From positions 14,262,001 through 14,326,000 of the forward strand of contig CM052832.1 in the NCBI GenBank assembly GCA_028534125.1: DNA of 64,000 nucleotides, given 5' to 3'. Origin of the DNA: Lama glama (taxonomy: Eukaryota). The translations under genes and the position numbers were made by a program. The notes under the pieces are model-generated. The model did not search any database and had not been told where the DNA came from. It saw only the letters and a list, made by a program, of their open reading frames with translations. Below, piece after piece: positions 24,060 through 55,664 of the stretch (positions are counted from its first letter, which is position 1; the number at the start of each line of letters is the position of its first letter).

Positions 24060-25130
24060 AGGCGGGCGCAGTCACGGGGTGGGGTTTGGGAGTCAAGGGG
24101 GAGGAGTCGAAGGGCGGAATGGAGGGGCAGGGATGCGGGCCGGGACCCGGGGTAGGGGAGGGGTCAGGCCGCCGTCTAGCCGCCCAGCCACCAAGCTAGG
24201 GCCGGAGGAGGATGGGCACGCCGGGCTCGGGACCTTCCCGGGGTCCTGCGCCCGTCCAGCCTCCCACCTGGGCACAGTGGACCCACTCTTCCCGCAGCCA
24301 CCAACCTGACAGCCCTCGAGGGCGACTCCGCCGACAGACCGCCATGCACCGGGCCCCGCCACGAGCGCCGGCCCCGCAACCCGCCTGCGCCATAGCCCGC
24401 CCGCCCGCGCGCTGCTTGCCTCGCGCGATATCCAGGTTCCAGGGCCGCCGCGCTTTCCTCTCCTCTCGGCGCGCCTCTACCGGGCCCCGGAACCGGTATA
24501 GAAAATACCGGGCACGCTCCACCCCGCACCCCCGTGGCCGGGGCCGCTGTCCTACTTATCCCCGTTCCCGGGCCGCTTGAACCCGAACTGCCGGGCTCTA
24601 AACGGTGCCCCTCAGAGCCCCGCCCCCCACCCCCCCTTGTTGGCCGGGGTGACGCACCGCCCGCGAGGCCCAGCGCCCGGGGAGGGCGTGATGACGTCAC
24701 GACGCCCCGGTCAGGGCCTGGGCGCGGCTCGCGAGCCGGGTCGTCGCTATAGCAATGAGGAGCCGCCACCTGTCCTGTGGAGGGATTCGCTCCACCTGAG
24801 GCCTGAGGCGGGAGCGGGGAGGAGCCCGAAGCCCCGAGGTCTCTGCGCCGTCTTGTCGGCCGCCTACGGGCGAGAAGGTGCGCTTCTGGAGCCGGGGAGG
24901 GTCGGAGGGGCAGACTGTGAGAGAAGCCGTCGCGCGGGACCCATTGCCCACACCCGGGCTACGGACCCTCTTCTTGGGGCTCAGGGCCCTCAGGCTTCCA
25001 CCTGCGCCTTACCGTCCCGAAGCGCTTTCCTGTGCGCAGGCTGCAGGCACTGCCTATGATCTTCGAGCCACCCGTTGAAGGAAGCAACTGCAGGTATTAC
25101 TAGGTCCTTACTGAAAAGGACGACGTCGAG
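24060..25130. promoter_or_regulatory. ZNF76: CpG island; probable ZNF76 promoter and non-coding exon 1 (exact exon 1 boundaries not resolved)
   Basis: The only strongly CpG-dense, GC-rich kilobase in the window, with GC-box-like motifs. It lies upstream (minus strand) of ZNF76 exon 2, which begins with a splice acceptor. Confidence 0.85.
24692..24699. promoter_or_regulatory. Full palindromic CRE (TGACGTCA), CREB/ATF site
   Basis: Exact TGACGTCA in the context gtgaTGACGTCAcg inside the CpG island. Confidence 0.7.
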
Positions 25131-26284
25131 GAGCTGTGAGGGACTTGCCTCTTTAGGAAGGGCGCCCTGATGGCCCTCTTGGGTTCTCTCACTCTCATTC
25201 TCCCGTCAGCCCCATGCCTAGCCTTGGAACCAGCTCCAGCTACTCCCTCTTGTAGTCTTGTTTCAGGGTGAACAAAGCCAAGCACTTTTACAGTTTCTTC
25301 CTCCCACTAGGGAGGGGTATGATTGGGGGAATTTTCAGACACCTAAGAGAAAACAAAAAGGAGTGAGATTTTGGTTAAAAAAAAAGAAAGAAAATAAATA
25401 AAGGAGTTAGATGAGAAACTGGTAAAGGTTGCCTCTTAGCAGAGGAATTGGGTGCTTGGAGGAATGAGGTGAGAAACTTTCCCCTCTCTGTCATTTTAAA
25501 CTTTAACTCCTTTATTTTGTCTCCTCTCTCTTGTCCTCCCCCCAAATTTTAACTTAAAAAAAATTAAAGAAAGTATTCTGGTAAACTAGAAACATTTACA
25601 AAAGTACTGTGTTTGGGGTTTATGGTAGCTAAAGATACCATTGGAGGCAATGGAGGTTCCTCTCCTCCCGGTCTGAAGAGCCTAGCCAGAAAGCTTCCCT
25701 TTTAATTTTAGATATCCCCTGTTCCCCATCTTACTTGCTCTCACACAACAATTGCCAGAGTTCTTCTCATCAGGTTCTTAGTTTAGGGAGGCAGTGATGA
25801 CAATGGCACATTCTTATGGTTAATAATTAATCCTTTTTGTGCCTCAGGTATAAAAATAAACATCCTGACCATTAATAAGGTGCCCTCTTTCTGTTCCTTT
25901 TTGGTGAAAGTTTGACAAGTTACAGATACATAGATACAGAGAGAAAGTAGTAGCTTGTCCTGTAGCATAAACTTCTGGTTAGAAATAGAGCAAGTAATAG
26001 AAGTCAAGATGTCCTAGTTTGTACCCCCCACCACCTTTTTCCATAATAAAAGATACATCTGTCCTTTCTTACAGTCTTTGCACATCGTAATCTGATTGGC
26101 TAATCACCTCTCCCATTACACAACAAAAACTCTAGGAAACCAGTGTCTGAATCTGAAGTAGTAAGATTCAGATGGTGGGTAATTTCAGGTACTGAGGAGA
26201 ACTAGGGAGGAAGATACTTTGGAGTGGAGGATTGAAGATCGTTTCTAGCAGCTTTGAGCCCCATCCCCATGATATATCATATAG

Positions 26285-28306
26285 GCTAGTGGTCCTCAGA
26301 CATTTTTTAAAATGGACTTCATGAAAGAATTTTAAAGAACCACATATACTCCCTTCTTCATTTCTAAGTTGATAACTAAATTTTCCATCATAAAAGTTGA
26401 CATTTTAAACTAACATTCCTAAATGTATCCAGTGGACTCCAAATACCCTAAATACTTGATGCCCACCAACATCCATTTAAAAATATGCGAACAAGCTCTT
26501 GAACAGAAATTTTATATGGTTCCCTTTCTTCTTGGACTCCTAATTCCATTCACTTCCCCTGTAGAACTCTATCCTGATTAGTGTATTTGTATGCTTTAAA
26601 GTCTTTCATTGATCACTGTCAGGTTCTTTGCAACAAAAATGAGTATAAGTTTATTACTGGTTACCATAGACCTTGTTAAAAAATTTCTTCTGAGTCAAAT
26701 TGTCATTGCAGTTATTACTAGTACAAAATTTAGTAAGCAACATAAATATATTACATATTTTTATAACTTGTAAGACTAAAAAGTGTCATTTTTATTGAAA
26801 ATGAATCTCATAATGAGAAATGTAGTGTTTCTCCTCAATTAGTTCAGGTAGTCATGGACGAATATTACTTAATGGTAGGCGATAAAGTGCAACATCAATT
26901 ATCTATTTTTATAGACGTTAAGTGTTGAGAAACCCTGTTCACATAGTAATTGGGAAAGGAAGAGATTTGTTCAAACGATATACCTCAAGTCTTTGAACTA
27001 CTAAATCATGTGCCAATAATCACAAAGTGTCCTATTACCAAATACAGTTAACAAGTACTATCAAATAAAGTCTTCCTTTAATTTTATTAAAAGCAAAGAG
27101 TTGGAAACCACTGAACTTGCAAAAGGATTTGTTACTCATGTGAGTATCAGTTTCAGTCTTATAAAAATGATTATCTGTTACCTTCTCACTCAGAGGCACC
27201 TAGTTAATCAGATATTGATTTTCATACTTCTTTGCCAACACAATGTTTTGGGTTAAATTCTTTTATTATTGCATGTCTTCAGTATCTTTTTGTTAAAATA
27301 TTGAAGTGCAGATTCACTTCCATATGGAAAATGCCTGCCATTTGTGGAATTAGCAAAGCCAGTCTTCATTTCAAATCAGACTTTCTGTCAGGAAGAAGTC
27401 TGACTTTATTCTTCAATTCAAATAAATATGTTAATAATTCATTTTAAATAATATAATAAAAATCACTGGGAAATGTTATTAACTGTACCTTATAAAATAG
27501 ATTACTAAAAATCAGCCATGAGTAAAGTTATATAGATCTAATATTAATACAGACTTCAAAAACAAGTTAGTACTATTTCTTATTGTATAATTTAGAATAA
27601 TGCCATATAATGCCTAGCTAAATACATTAGTTATTTTATTAAGTGAAAAGTAGGATAGAAGGCATGTTATTCCCTTGGCAAATGCAGATATGTATTATGC
27701 TGAACTCTCGTGTTTGACTTTTGGGAACAATTAAATAAGAGTCATGTAAAGAAAAATAACTATAATTTTGTTAGATTTGTTAGAACTCATGATCAAATTT
27801 TTCTTATGTATTTAATTTAAAAAGAAAGTTTTTTTTTAATTAGGAAATAATGCATTGAGCAGTTAACAAACAATTTCATTTTTTGCTAGTAGGGGACAGA
27901 AAATAGGAAACATTTTATAAGATGAAATAAGAGGCCTGGCTGCAATGGGAATATTTTGTTTCGAAGGGAAAAGACAACCCCTTCCTCCTACTCTCCAGGT
28001 TTTTACACCCTCATCCAGGCATCAAGATTCAGCCTAGATGAGGGCTATGCCTTTCTTTTGTAATGTAGAACAAGAACTGTGGTAAAAGGGGAGGTGGAAT
28101 GGAGAGTGTGCATGAATATGCCAGCTGGCTCTCAAACAGATTAATTTTAGGGAAGATTTCTTATGGAAGTTGAGGATCTGGAAATTTATTCCCTTAAAAT
28201 TCTCCTCGGATTGATTCCTTGTCCAGGTACCCCTTGGAGAGTCTTCATATACCTTTGGGAAGAATTCCTTGGAAAGTCTTCATGTACCCCATTTTAAAGA
28301 CTGCTT
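26285..28306. mobile_element. Possible degenerate hAT-Charlie-type DNA transposon (AT-rich block between the two genes)
   Basis: Abrupt AT-rich ~2-kb block starting with tagtggtcctcaga and ending gtaccccattttaaagactgc, resembling Charlie-type terminal inverted repeats. No intact ORF. Confidence 0.3.
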
Positions 28307-28965
28307 GAAATAGACAGACCTATACTCCACTGGCCCTGACTATACGTTATTCTGGGACATAATTACAGGTGTCCTAGAAGGTGGATGACTTAGTGTTTTG
28401 GGAATAGAAGAGGGTTAAGAAGGGTCAGAGAAGATGGCCCCAAGTTGGTGTTGTCATTCACAGTGGTCCTGGATATGGTCCTCAGCTTTGCAGTTCTAGA
28501 AACGTGATTTTGTCAGTTCACACAAAGGTGTTCATGTTTTGTCACACTGAATCAAGCTCACAGGAAGTTAATGTATGAAATAGAATGGCAGTGAATTAAT
28601 TTATGCTCATAACTACCAGGTAGACTAGATTCTCTCTTCTGCTGGGAAATCTATGTGGAAAGATCAGTTGTAATCAGTCTTACATGAGGAGTGCAGATCT
28701 TGACCATGGCTATTGTAATCAAGCTGTGATAGCCTGATGCACAATGCCTGGCATGTAACAGGAACTCAGTAATAGTGGAATAGAATGTACCCATCTGCCT
28801 TACAGATGCTAAAGGGGAAGTTCAGGATTCTGGTAGGCCAACCCAACATATTTTTTAATCAGGTAGACTTTTCTTTATTCTTCTTAAGTGGCTATATCAT
28901 GTAGGTATTAAATCCAATAAAATTTCATGTCAGGAAATCATATAATTGCAACAATTAAGTTTTAT

Positions 28966-29072
28966 TGCACAAGGTCCTGGGTTTAATTCCCAGTACTGCC
29001 ATTAAATTTTTTTTTAAATTTAATTACCTTTCCCCATTAAAAAAAAAAGTAAAAAACAAAAATATATTTTTT
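28966..29072 (+). mobile_element. 5'-truncated vic-1-like SINE
   Basis: gcacaaggtcctgggtttaattcccagtactgcc...taattacctttcccc plus an A tail; aagttttat is repeated on both flanks. Confidence 0.75.
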
Positions 29073-29593
29073 AAAAGTTTTATCTATCATCTCTGAGCCT
29101 AGAAATTGAGACTATTCATTTATAAGAGATTGGAGATTGCTTTCCCGAGACCTATATAGTAATGGGTGGTAGTGGCTAAATGATCTGTATTTCATAATTC
29201 TGTTTGGTGGCCAAGAGTATACTGCATAAAAAGAACAACCTTGGTGACCTCCAGGGCTGGAACTTTGCTAGAGGTGGGACATCTTAACTAGGGAGGTATC
29301 TGAGCCACTTGTGGCCTGGCCTGATTTGAGGGACTGTACTATATGACGAGGAACAACACCCAATTTCCACCACTTCCTAGATCCTCCTCAGGAAATAATT
29401 CTTGGTACTGCTTTGAAAAATAAGCCTTTTCAAATTCTAAAATTGTTAGGAATAAGATGGATAAATGAAAAATTGGGGTAAGTCCTATTTGGAAGCCAGA
29501 AGATACTTTATCTCCTCAAAGCTTTTTTCTAGTGCTGGGATAAGCTAGTGAGACAGAGGAAAAGAAGCCAGGCTGAGGAGGTTCATTTAGTAT

Positions 29594-29599
29594 TTTATT
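29594..29599 (-). terminator. SCUBE3: Polyadenylation signal AATAAA (distal) for SCUBE3
   Basis: tttatt on the + strand. On the minus strand it is preceded by several TGTA motifs and a T run, and followed by a pyrimidine/U-rich downstream element (tggcttcttttcctctgtct). Confidence 0.7.
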
Positions 29600-29700
29600 A
29601 ACAATAAAAAAAAAATACAAAATCCAGACATTTCTTTTTACAAGTTCAGATACATTTTTCCCCCAAGTGCAAAATATTCTATGAACTGCATCATTTACTG

Positions 29701-29706
29701 TTTATT
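29701..29706 (-). terminator. SCUBE3: Possible tandem polyadenylation signal AATAAA ~107 nt upstream of the distal one
   Basis: tttatt on the + strand at 29701. Confidence 0.4.
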
Positions 29707-32700
29707 GTTGTGTAGGAGATGCTTACTATATTGGCAGCAGTGGAAGGTTGATATAAATACAGTATTTTGAAATTTCTTCTGCATTAATAAAAAAGCCTCC
29801 CATATGGTAATGACTATTTTCTGAAACTTAAGTTCAGATCACACAGTATAAAGTTTGCAGTTTGCCCAAACTGCTACAATCTGTGTTGTCTAGATAAGCT
29901 GATAACAGAACTGAGAATTCTATTCTCTCTTATCATATATTTTTGTAAAGGTTTCCTAGTCCAAATAATGGCCAAGAACAGGGTGTGTTACCTTTGAGAC
30001 AAGTCAGATTTAAAGATATCCTTGTGTTGTTTGCTTCCACTTTTCTCTTACAGTGCTTAAGAAGGAAGCCAAGCAGGTTAACATTACTTTCTGCTTATGG
30101 TCAGTGACACTTTGTCTCGCTTCCTCTAGTTTGAGCCTGTTATATTGAAGTTAAGCAGCAAATACAAAAGTCTGAATACTCTATAATATTTTCTTTCATT
30201 TTGAGATACAGCCTCCTAAACTACTCCAGAATGACTTCAGACATACATATGGAGAACACTTCTCAGATATGAAAACTTTCACTAGGGCCAAAGACCAGGA
30301 CTGTATCACTGAACTTTGAGCAATATATCTGAGCCTCCACCACCTCAAACTGACTCAGTCCTGGGGAAGTCAGAGCAGTCACAGCTCAGTGTCAGCCTCT
30401 AGGGATTTGTAGGCCTGAGACAGGGCAGCTCAAGTCCAGGCTCTGGTCAGTTTTCTCCTGACTCTGTTCCCTAAGGTTTAGGGAATAGGCCTGGCCTAAT
30501 CTACAGAAAGATGGAGACAGAGAAGTAAAAAGAGATTGCTATGTTGCTGAAGATATAAGTGCCTTTCTGATATGCATCCCTTGGAGCTTGAAGCCCTTGC
30601 AGAAATGGCTTCCTATTCCCAGACTCAGATCAGGGCAGGTTTTGGACTAAGATAAATAAGGCCTCACAGTACTATGGCCCCATAAATACCTGATCCTGCT
30701 GAGAGGCCTTTGGGCTAGTTCACGAAGGGTTCCCATTTACGCCATTTTCCTGCTTCCCTACACTGGTTAAAAAACCTCTTTTTCTGTATGACCTATAAAG
30801 GCATAGAGAGTCCTTAAATGTTGATTCCTTATTCAGTCCAGTTAATCCCTAGTTCGATGCCCCAGGGCCAGCTTCCTTTATGTACTTGAGGAGCTTTGCC
30901 TGGATTCTAAACTCCCAATTTGGGATAATCTAAATTAAACTTGGTGGACATTAGCAGGTCTTCACCTGCTCTCCAAGATCTGTCTTGACATCAGTTAAGA
31001 GGCTTGGTGGTCAGTACTTTCCATATTGTGGAAATGATTTGCAAGCCCCAGAAACCATGGAATAAATTATTAGAGGAAGTGTGTTTATGTGTATGTATAG
31101 GGTAACAGGAAAGGAAGAAAGCAAGAAGCCAGACCCTGAAGGCATGAATTGGGAAGCACTCTGGCTTTCTAAGAGAGATGCAAAATGGTAGTGAGAGAGG
31201 AATCAGAAAGTTATCCTAGCTTCTGGTAGAGAATTAGGATGGTCAGAATTGATTAAAGCAGGTAACATTTCCTGGGAAGTGTGGACACTTCTATTAAATG
31301 ATCATTTCCCTTCTTGGAAGCAGCCATTTTATATTTCTACAGCAGACTCTTCTTTGACCCAGAGAGACAAAGGCAGCCAGACACTCCACCCCCAAGGGCC
31401 ATGGTGTTGGGTAATGGATGTAGCTGTGACATCACTTACCAACTGCCTAGAGCTGTCTTGGCTGGTGAATGCTACTGTTTGAAGGGTGTCAGTCTCCTTT
31501 ATTTAGTGTTGAGCCTCCCTGGGGAGCAATAGCCTGGGACAGTCACTTAGAAATGAACCCTAGGAGTCAATTGTTAGCCTTTGACTGAATAGGACTACAG
31601 CTTTGGGGGAACTAGAAGGAGTAAATGGAAAATAATTTTACAGGTGGCAGTGAATTGAAGGTGGAGTATGTGCAGGATCTGGGCTTGGGGATGTACTTGA
31701 TTCTTCTTCCTTTTGAAAAGCAGTAGTTGAGGAAGCTAGGCTTGAAGTCAGCTCCCAGAGGAAATGGCAAATAGGTAGGGGTAGGCAGAGTGGCCAAGGT
31801 CAGGCAAACAACTTCCTGCCTGGATAACTGTTTCTGTTCTTGGCTCTCACAGCCTTGTCTCTGGCCTTGGGGCCCTGAGTCAGCTCATCTCCAGGGGTTT
31901 TGTCCTGGTCCTCTTCCAGGTTTATACCAGGGGAAAACAGGATGAAGACAGGGAGAAGATGGAGATTTTTCCCTACTTGGGGTGGAGAATCACTAATCAG
32001 TTCCATTGGCCTCTACAATCTTGAGGTCCATGCTGAATCCAGGGAGGCATGGGGATGGTAGGATTGGTTTAGCAGACACAGGTCTCTCTCCTTCCTGCTC
32101 CATCAAGTCCCCAGAATTACTGTCCCACACATCAGGTGTCTCTGGTGAGGAAGTAGATACAGATCAGATGCTCCAGCACTCAAGGCTCATGAGATTCAAA
32201 ACCTTACTTCTTCCACTCCAAACATACACTCTTCTCTCTTGGGCAGCTATAAATAGGGTTGTTCTAATAGAAGAAAAAGAAACAAAAACCCCTCCCTCTA
32301 GTCAACACAGAAAGACAAAATGATTGCACTTATTAGATGTGGACAGGGTGGGCAGAAGGCTCGCCAAGTGCACACATTCCTCTTGCTGCTCATGGCCTGG
32401 GGCCAGAGGTAGGTGGCTCTGGGCTGGCTGCAGAGCGGGGTCCTCTTTGGTGGTGTCCACAAGCCATCTGGGGCTACAAGGGAAAGACAACTCTGGGGCA
32501 AGGCCCAGGCTGGCTTCTGGTCAGCAGCCATGTTTAAAGACGACACTTAGCAAGGGGAGTAGGGCTCCCCCAGGGAGCACTTGGGTGGAAGTGAGGGGAT
32601 GGCTGGGCCAGGGAAGACAAGAAAGGACAGGGATTAGTGTTTGAGGCTGGTTTCCAATTGTTCCGTAGTTTAGTCCTTTAGAGGATACATTTTCTTTTTG

Positions 32701-33514
32701 TTTGTTTGTTTTCTATTTTGGTGATGCTTTAAAACCTGGTTTCTGTCCTGCAGAGATAGTCTTTGTCTTGGGGAGCAACAGCGGCATATTCAACATGGTC
32801 ATTCCTGCTGTTCTTCCTTACTCAGCCAGTGTCCACTAGCCCAGTGGTGTGGGCCTTTTGTAAGCCCTCATGGATTGGACCCCAGGCAGACATGGGGGAA
32901 GAAGGAGACAAGCTATATAGACAGGAAAGCCAGCTGTGTGGATGGTCCAGGGCTCAAGCCACATGCCCCAGAGGACCAGTGCTGGCATTAAGCTTGTAAG
33001 TCAAAGGCTTCTTTGGCAGAACCCTAGGCTGTTAGAATATCCCTGGGGGGCACAGCCAGGGGACATTTTGGCTCCTGACTAGCAAGGCACAACCCTATAA
33101 TGGCAGAAGCCCCTCTTCCCCCTCCCCATTCCCCACTAGACCCACTTCCTTCGTGGGCTTCTAGCACCCTTCCAAGCAGATAGGGCCAGGGATGTAAGCT
33201 GGTAAAATGGGCAGTGTGGCTGGGGAAGGGAGAAGAGGGGGATATGATACTATTCCTTCACCAATTGGGGGAATAGAGCCAGCACGGAATGGCTTTTCCA
33301 GGGAGCATGCAGGAAAAGGGAAAGTAAAGAGAGAGAACGAGGGTGGCAGAGAGAGACAAGGAAAGGAAGCTAGAGAAACAGAAAGGGAGAGTGCTTGGTC
33401 TATACACTGATTTTTTTTTTCCTCCAAAAAGAGAGACTGGAGAGAGTCTCTTATCTGAGGGTGGGGGCAGCTGGCTCTGGGGGCTTAAAAACCTGGGTCT
33501 TGGGCCTAGGGGCA

Positions 33515-53470
<19,956 letters not shown>

Positions 53471-55199
53471 TCATTTGAAACACCCTCTTTGATTTAAAAA
53501 CAAACACATAAGAAACTTGGACTGGGTAGCACACTTAACTTGATTAGAAACATTCAACCTAAGGTGAATTAGTTTACCTTTCTTAGGAGCAGGCTTAGAG
53601 ACAGGGAGAAGAGAAAAGGCATGGGGACAGTGGCCTCTGGGAAAGTGGCAGAGTCCAGCAACTACTGGTAATTAAAGGAGGAAGAAAGGGAGACGGAGCA
53701 TCTGAGGAATCTTCATCTGCCTCATGATTCTGCTTGAGACCAGGCCTGCTCCCACTTGCCCACCATGGCGCCTAAAATCTTTAAAGGAAAGAAGTTCCAT
53801 CCTGGAAGGCTTTCCTTGGCCCCTGTGCTGTCAACAGCGGAGGGACTGTGAGCTGGCAAGGGCTGGCACCAGTAACTTGAAGCCTGGTAAGTGCACCCCT
53901 TGTGGCTCTTCAGCTGATTCATCCAGGCACATCCATCCCGCCACCCTGAGCTCTTTCATCTAACCCCAGGTGCTCCTCTCTCTCCTGGTCCTCACTTTGA
54001 CATGAGGTACTACTCACAGAGCTGTGCTAAAGGAAGAGGCCAGCCAAAATCTAGCAGAAAAAAGGATGTTCAGAAAGGACATAGGAAAGAGAATTGTTTA
54101 TCATCGTCGAGCAAAAGACTCCAGCTTCTGGGGCAATGTTATGCTGCCCATAAAGCTGAACTGAGACAGGGGGAAATGTTTCAGCCAAAAATGCTTTATA
54201 AAGTGTATTTGTGAAAGGTACTATACTGAAGGCTGTGGGAGCTCAGAGATGACTCAGCCCAGCCAGGAGAGACAAATAAGTAACATGAAGCAGGATGTGT
54301 TTCAGCACCACAAAGGTATTAGAGACAAGGAAAGGGGGTCTCAACCTTGGCTGCACATCATAGTCAACTCCCCTAGGACATGCCTGAGCACCACCTCCAG
54401 AAATTTTGGTCAGCTGGTCTGGATTGAGGCCTGGTTATCAGTATTTTTCTAAAGCTATCCAGGTGAGTCTAAGGAGAATCTCCATTAAAGGGAAGATCAG
54501 AGGAAGAAGAGACCACTTCTAGCTGCGAACTGGGGAACCCAAGACAGTGTAGCAATGTGCAAATAAAAGAAATGGGATTTGAAATCAAGACCGTAACTTC
54601 CAGGTGTGATCCATGGACTGTAGAACTGCTTGGCTTTTGTTAAAATACAGATTCTCAGGCCTTATTACCAACCTTTTGACTCCAAATCCTTAAGGTGCTT
54701 GATATATTTTTTACTGAATGAATAAATGACTAGACCAGTAATTGCTCCAATTTATAGACTCCCATGAGTCCTAGCTTGAGACAATTAACCGTTCTCTGCT
54801 TTCTTATTTCAAGTACTTCAAGGGGCAGGACTGAGGCTTCCTGGAGCTAAGAAGAGAACTAAAATTTGGAAGAGTGCCCCCAGACACCTGCCTCAAGTCT
54901 CCTGGGCTCCTGTTTAGCTCTGCACTCTACCCTCCAACTCTCTTCAACCCTTCTGCAGCAGTCCACCACGCCCAGTGATTCTCACTGCTCTAATACACAC
55001 AGATTCTCCACCTCACGCAGGCTCTGCAGTCATGGTGTCTGCCTGCTGGCCTACACTAGGAAGTCATCCTAAAGTCAGTGAGTGGAGATGGGGCACAGAA
55101 GACGAGTTCATGGGAGAGGGCAAGAGGGACCTCTGTGGATAGTAAGAGGCTGCGCGGAGAATCAGTCTGTCCAACAGATGAAAGAGAAAGTGGTACTAA

Positions 55200-55430
55200 G
55201 AAATGTCCTATCATAGAAAGAGCCTGAGCTCTGGAACCAGTCAGTACCAGGTTCAAATCCAGCCCTACCACTCTCTAGGGAGGCTTTTCTAAAAGGTTTT
55301 CTTATTTATTCCTCTTTAAAATGGGAATAATAATACCTCCTTATATGGAGGCTGTGAACAGTTGATGAGATAATTTGTGTGAAGTACCTAATAAAGTATC
55401 CAGTAAACAGTGGGTTCCCAATATATGGAA
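55200..55430 (+). mobile_element. MIR SINE remnant
   Basis: gctctggaaccag...ggttcaaatccagccctaccact...taaaatgggaataataatacct. Confidence 0.65.
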
Positions 55431-55482
55431 GCTGGAGATGATAAAGTATTTAATCACAGGTTCAGACAACAGATGCTTTAAG

Positions 55483-55664
55483 ACTGTGCTATCTAAGATG
55501 GCAGCCACTAGGCACATGTGGCTATTTAAATTGTAATTTAAAATTCAGTGTCTCAGTTACACTGGCCACAGGCCAAGTGCTCCATAGCCGTGTGTGGCTA
55601 ATGGCTACCACAGTGGACAGCACAGGTATGGAACATCATAGAAGTTCTGTTGGACAGCACTGCT
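55483..55664. mobile_element. MER3-like hAT-Charlie DNA transposon
   Basis: ctgtgctatctaagatggcagccactaggcacatgtggctatttaaatt...caagtgctc...tggctacc...ggacagcacag...gttctgttggacagcactg. Confidence 0.7.

Larger units (their letters stand above)
29575..33514 (-). other. SCUBE3: SCUBE3 long 3' UTR (~3.9 kb; 3' end approximate)
   Basis: Repeat-poor stretch following the stop codon, ending in an AU-rich block with UGUA elements and two AATAAA signals. Confidence 0.65.

Noticed and set aside
24400..24660. Exact ZNF76 exon 1 donor (candidates G|gtgcgt at 24658, AA|gtagga near 24546, GAG|gcaagc near 24420)
   Set aside because: Several weak candidates exist and cannot be ranked without transcript data.
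24079..25078. Several long overlapping ORFs (up to 197 aa) on both strands
   Set aside because: These Pro/Arg/Gly/Ala-rich translations are expected from stop-poor GC-rich CpG-island sequence, and I recognise no domain.
24060..25300. Staf/ZNF143-type binding sites implying ZNF76 autoregulation
   Set aside because: I saw no convincing ACTAYRnnnCCCA/SBS match by eye; a PWM scan would be needed.
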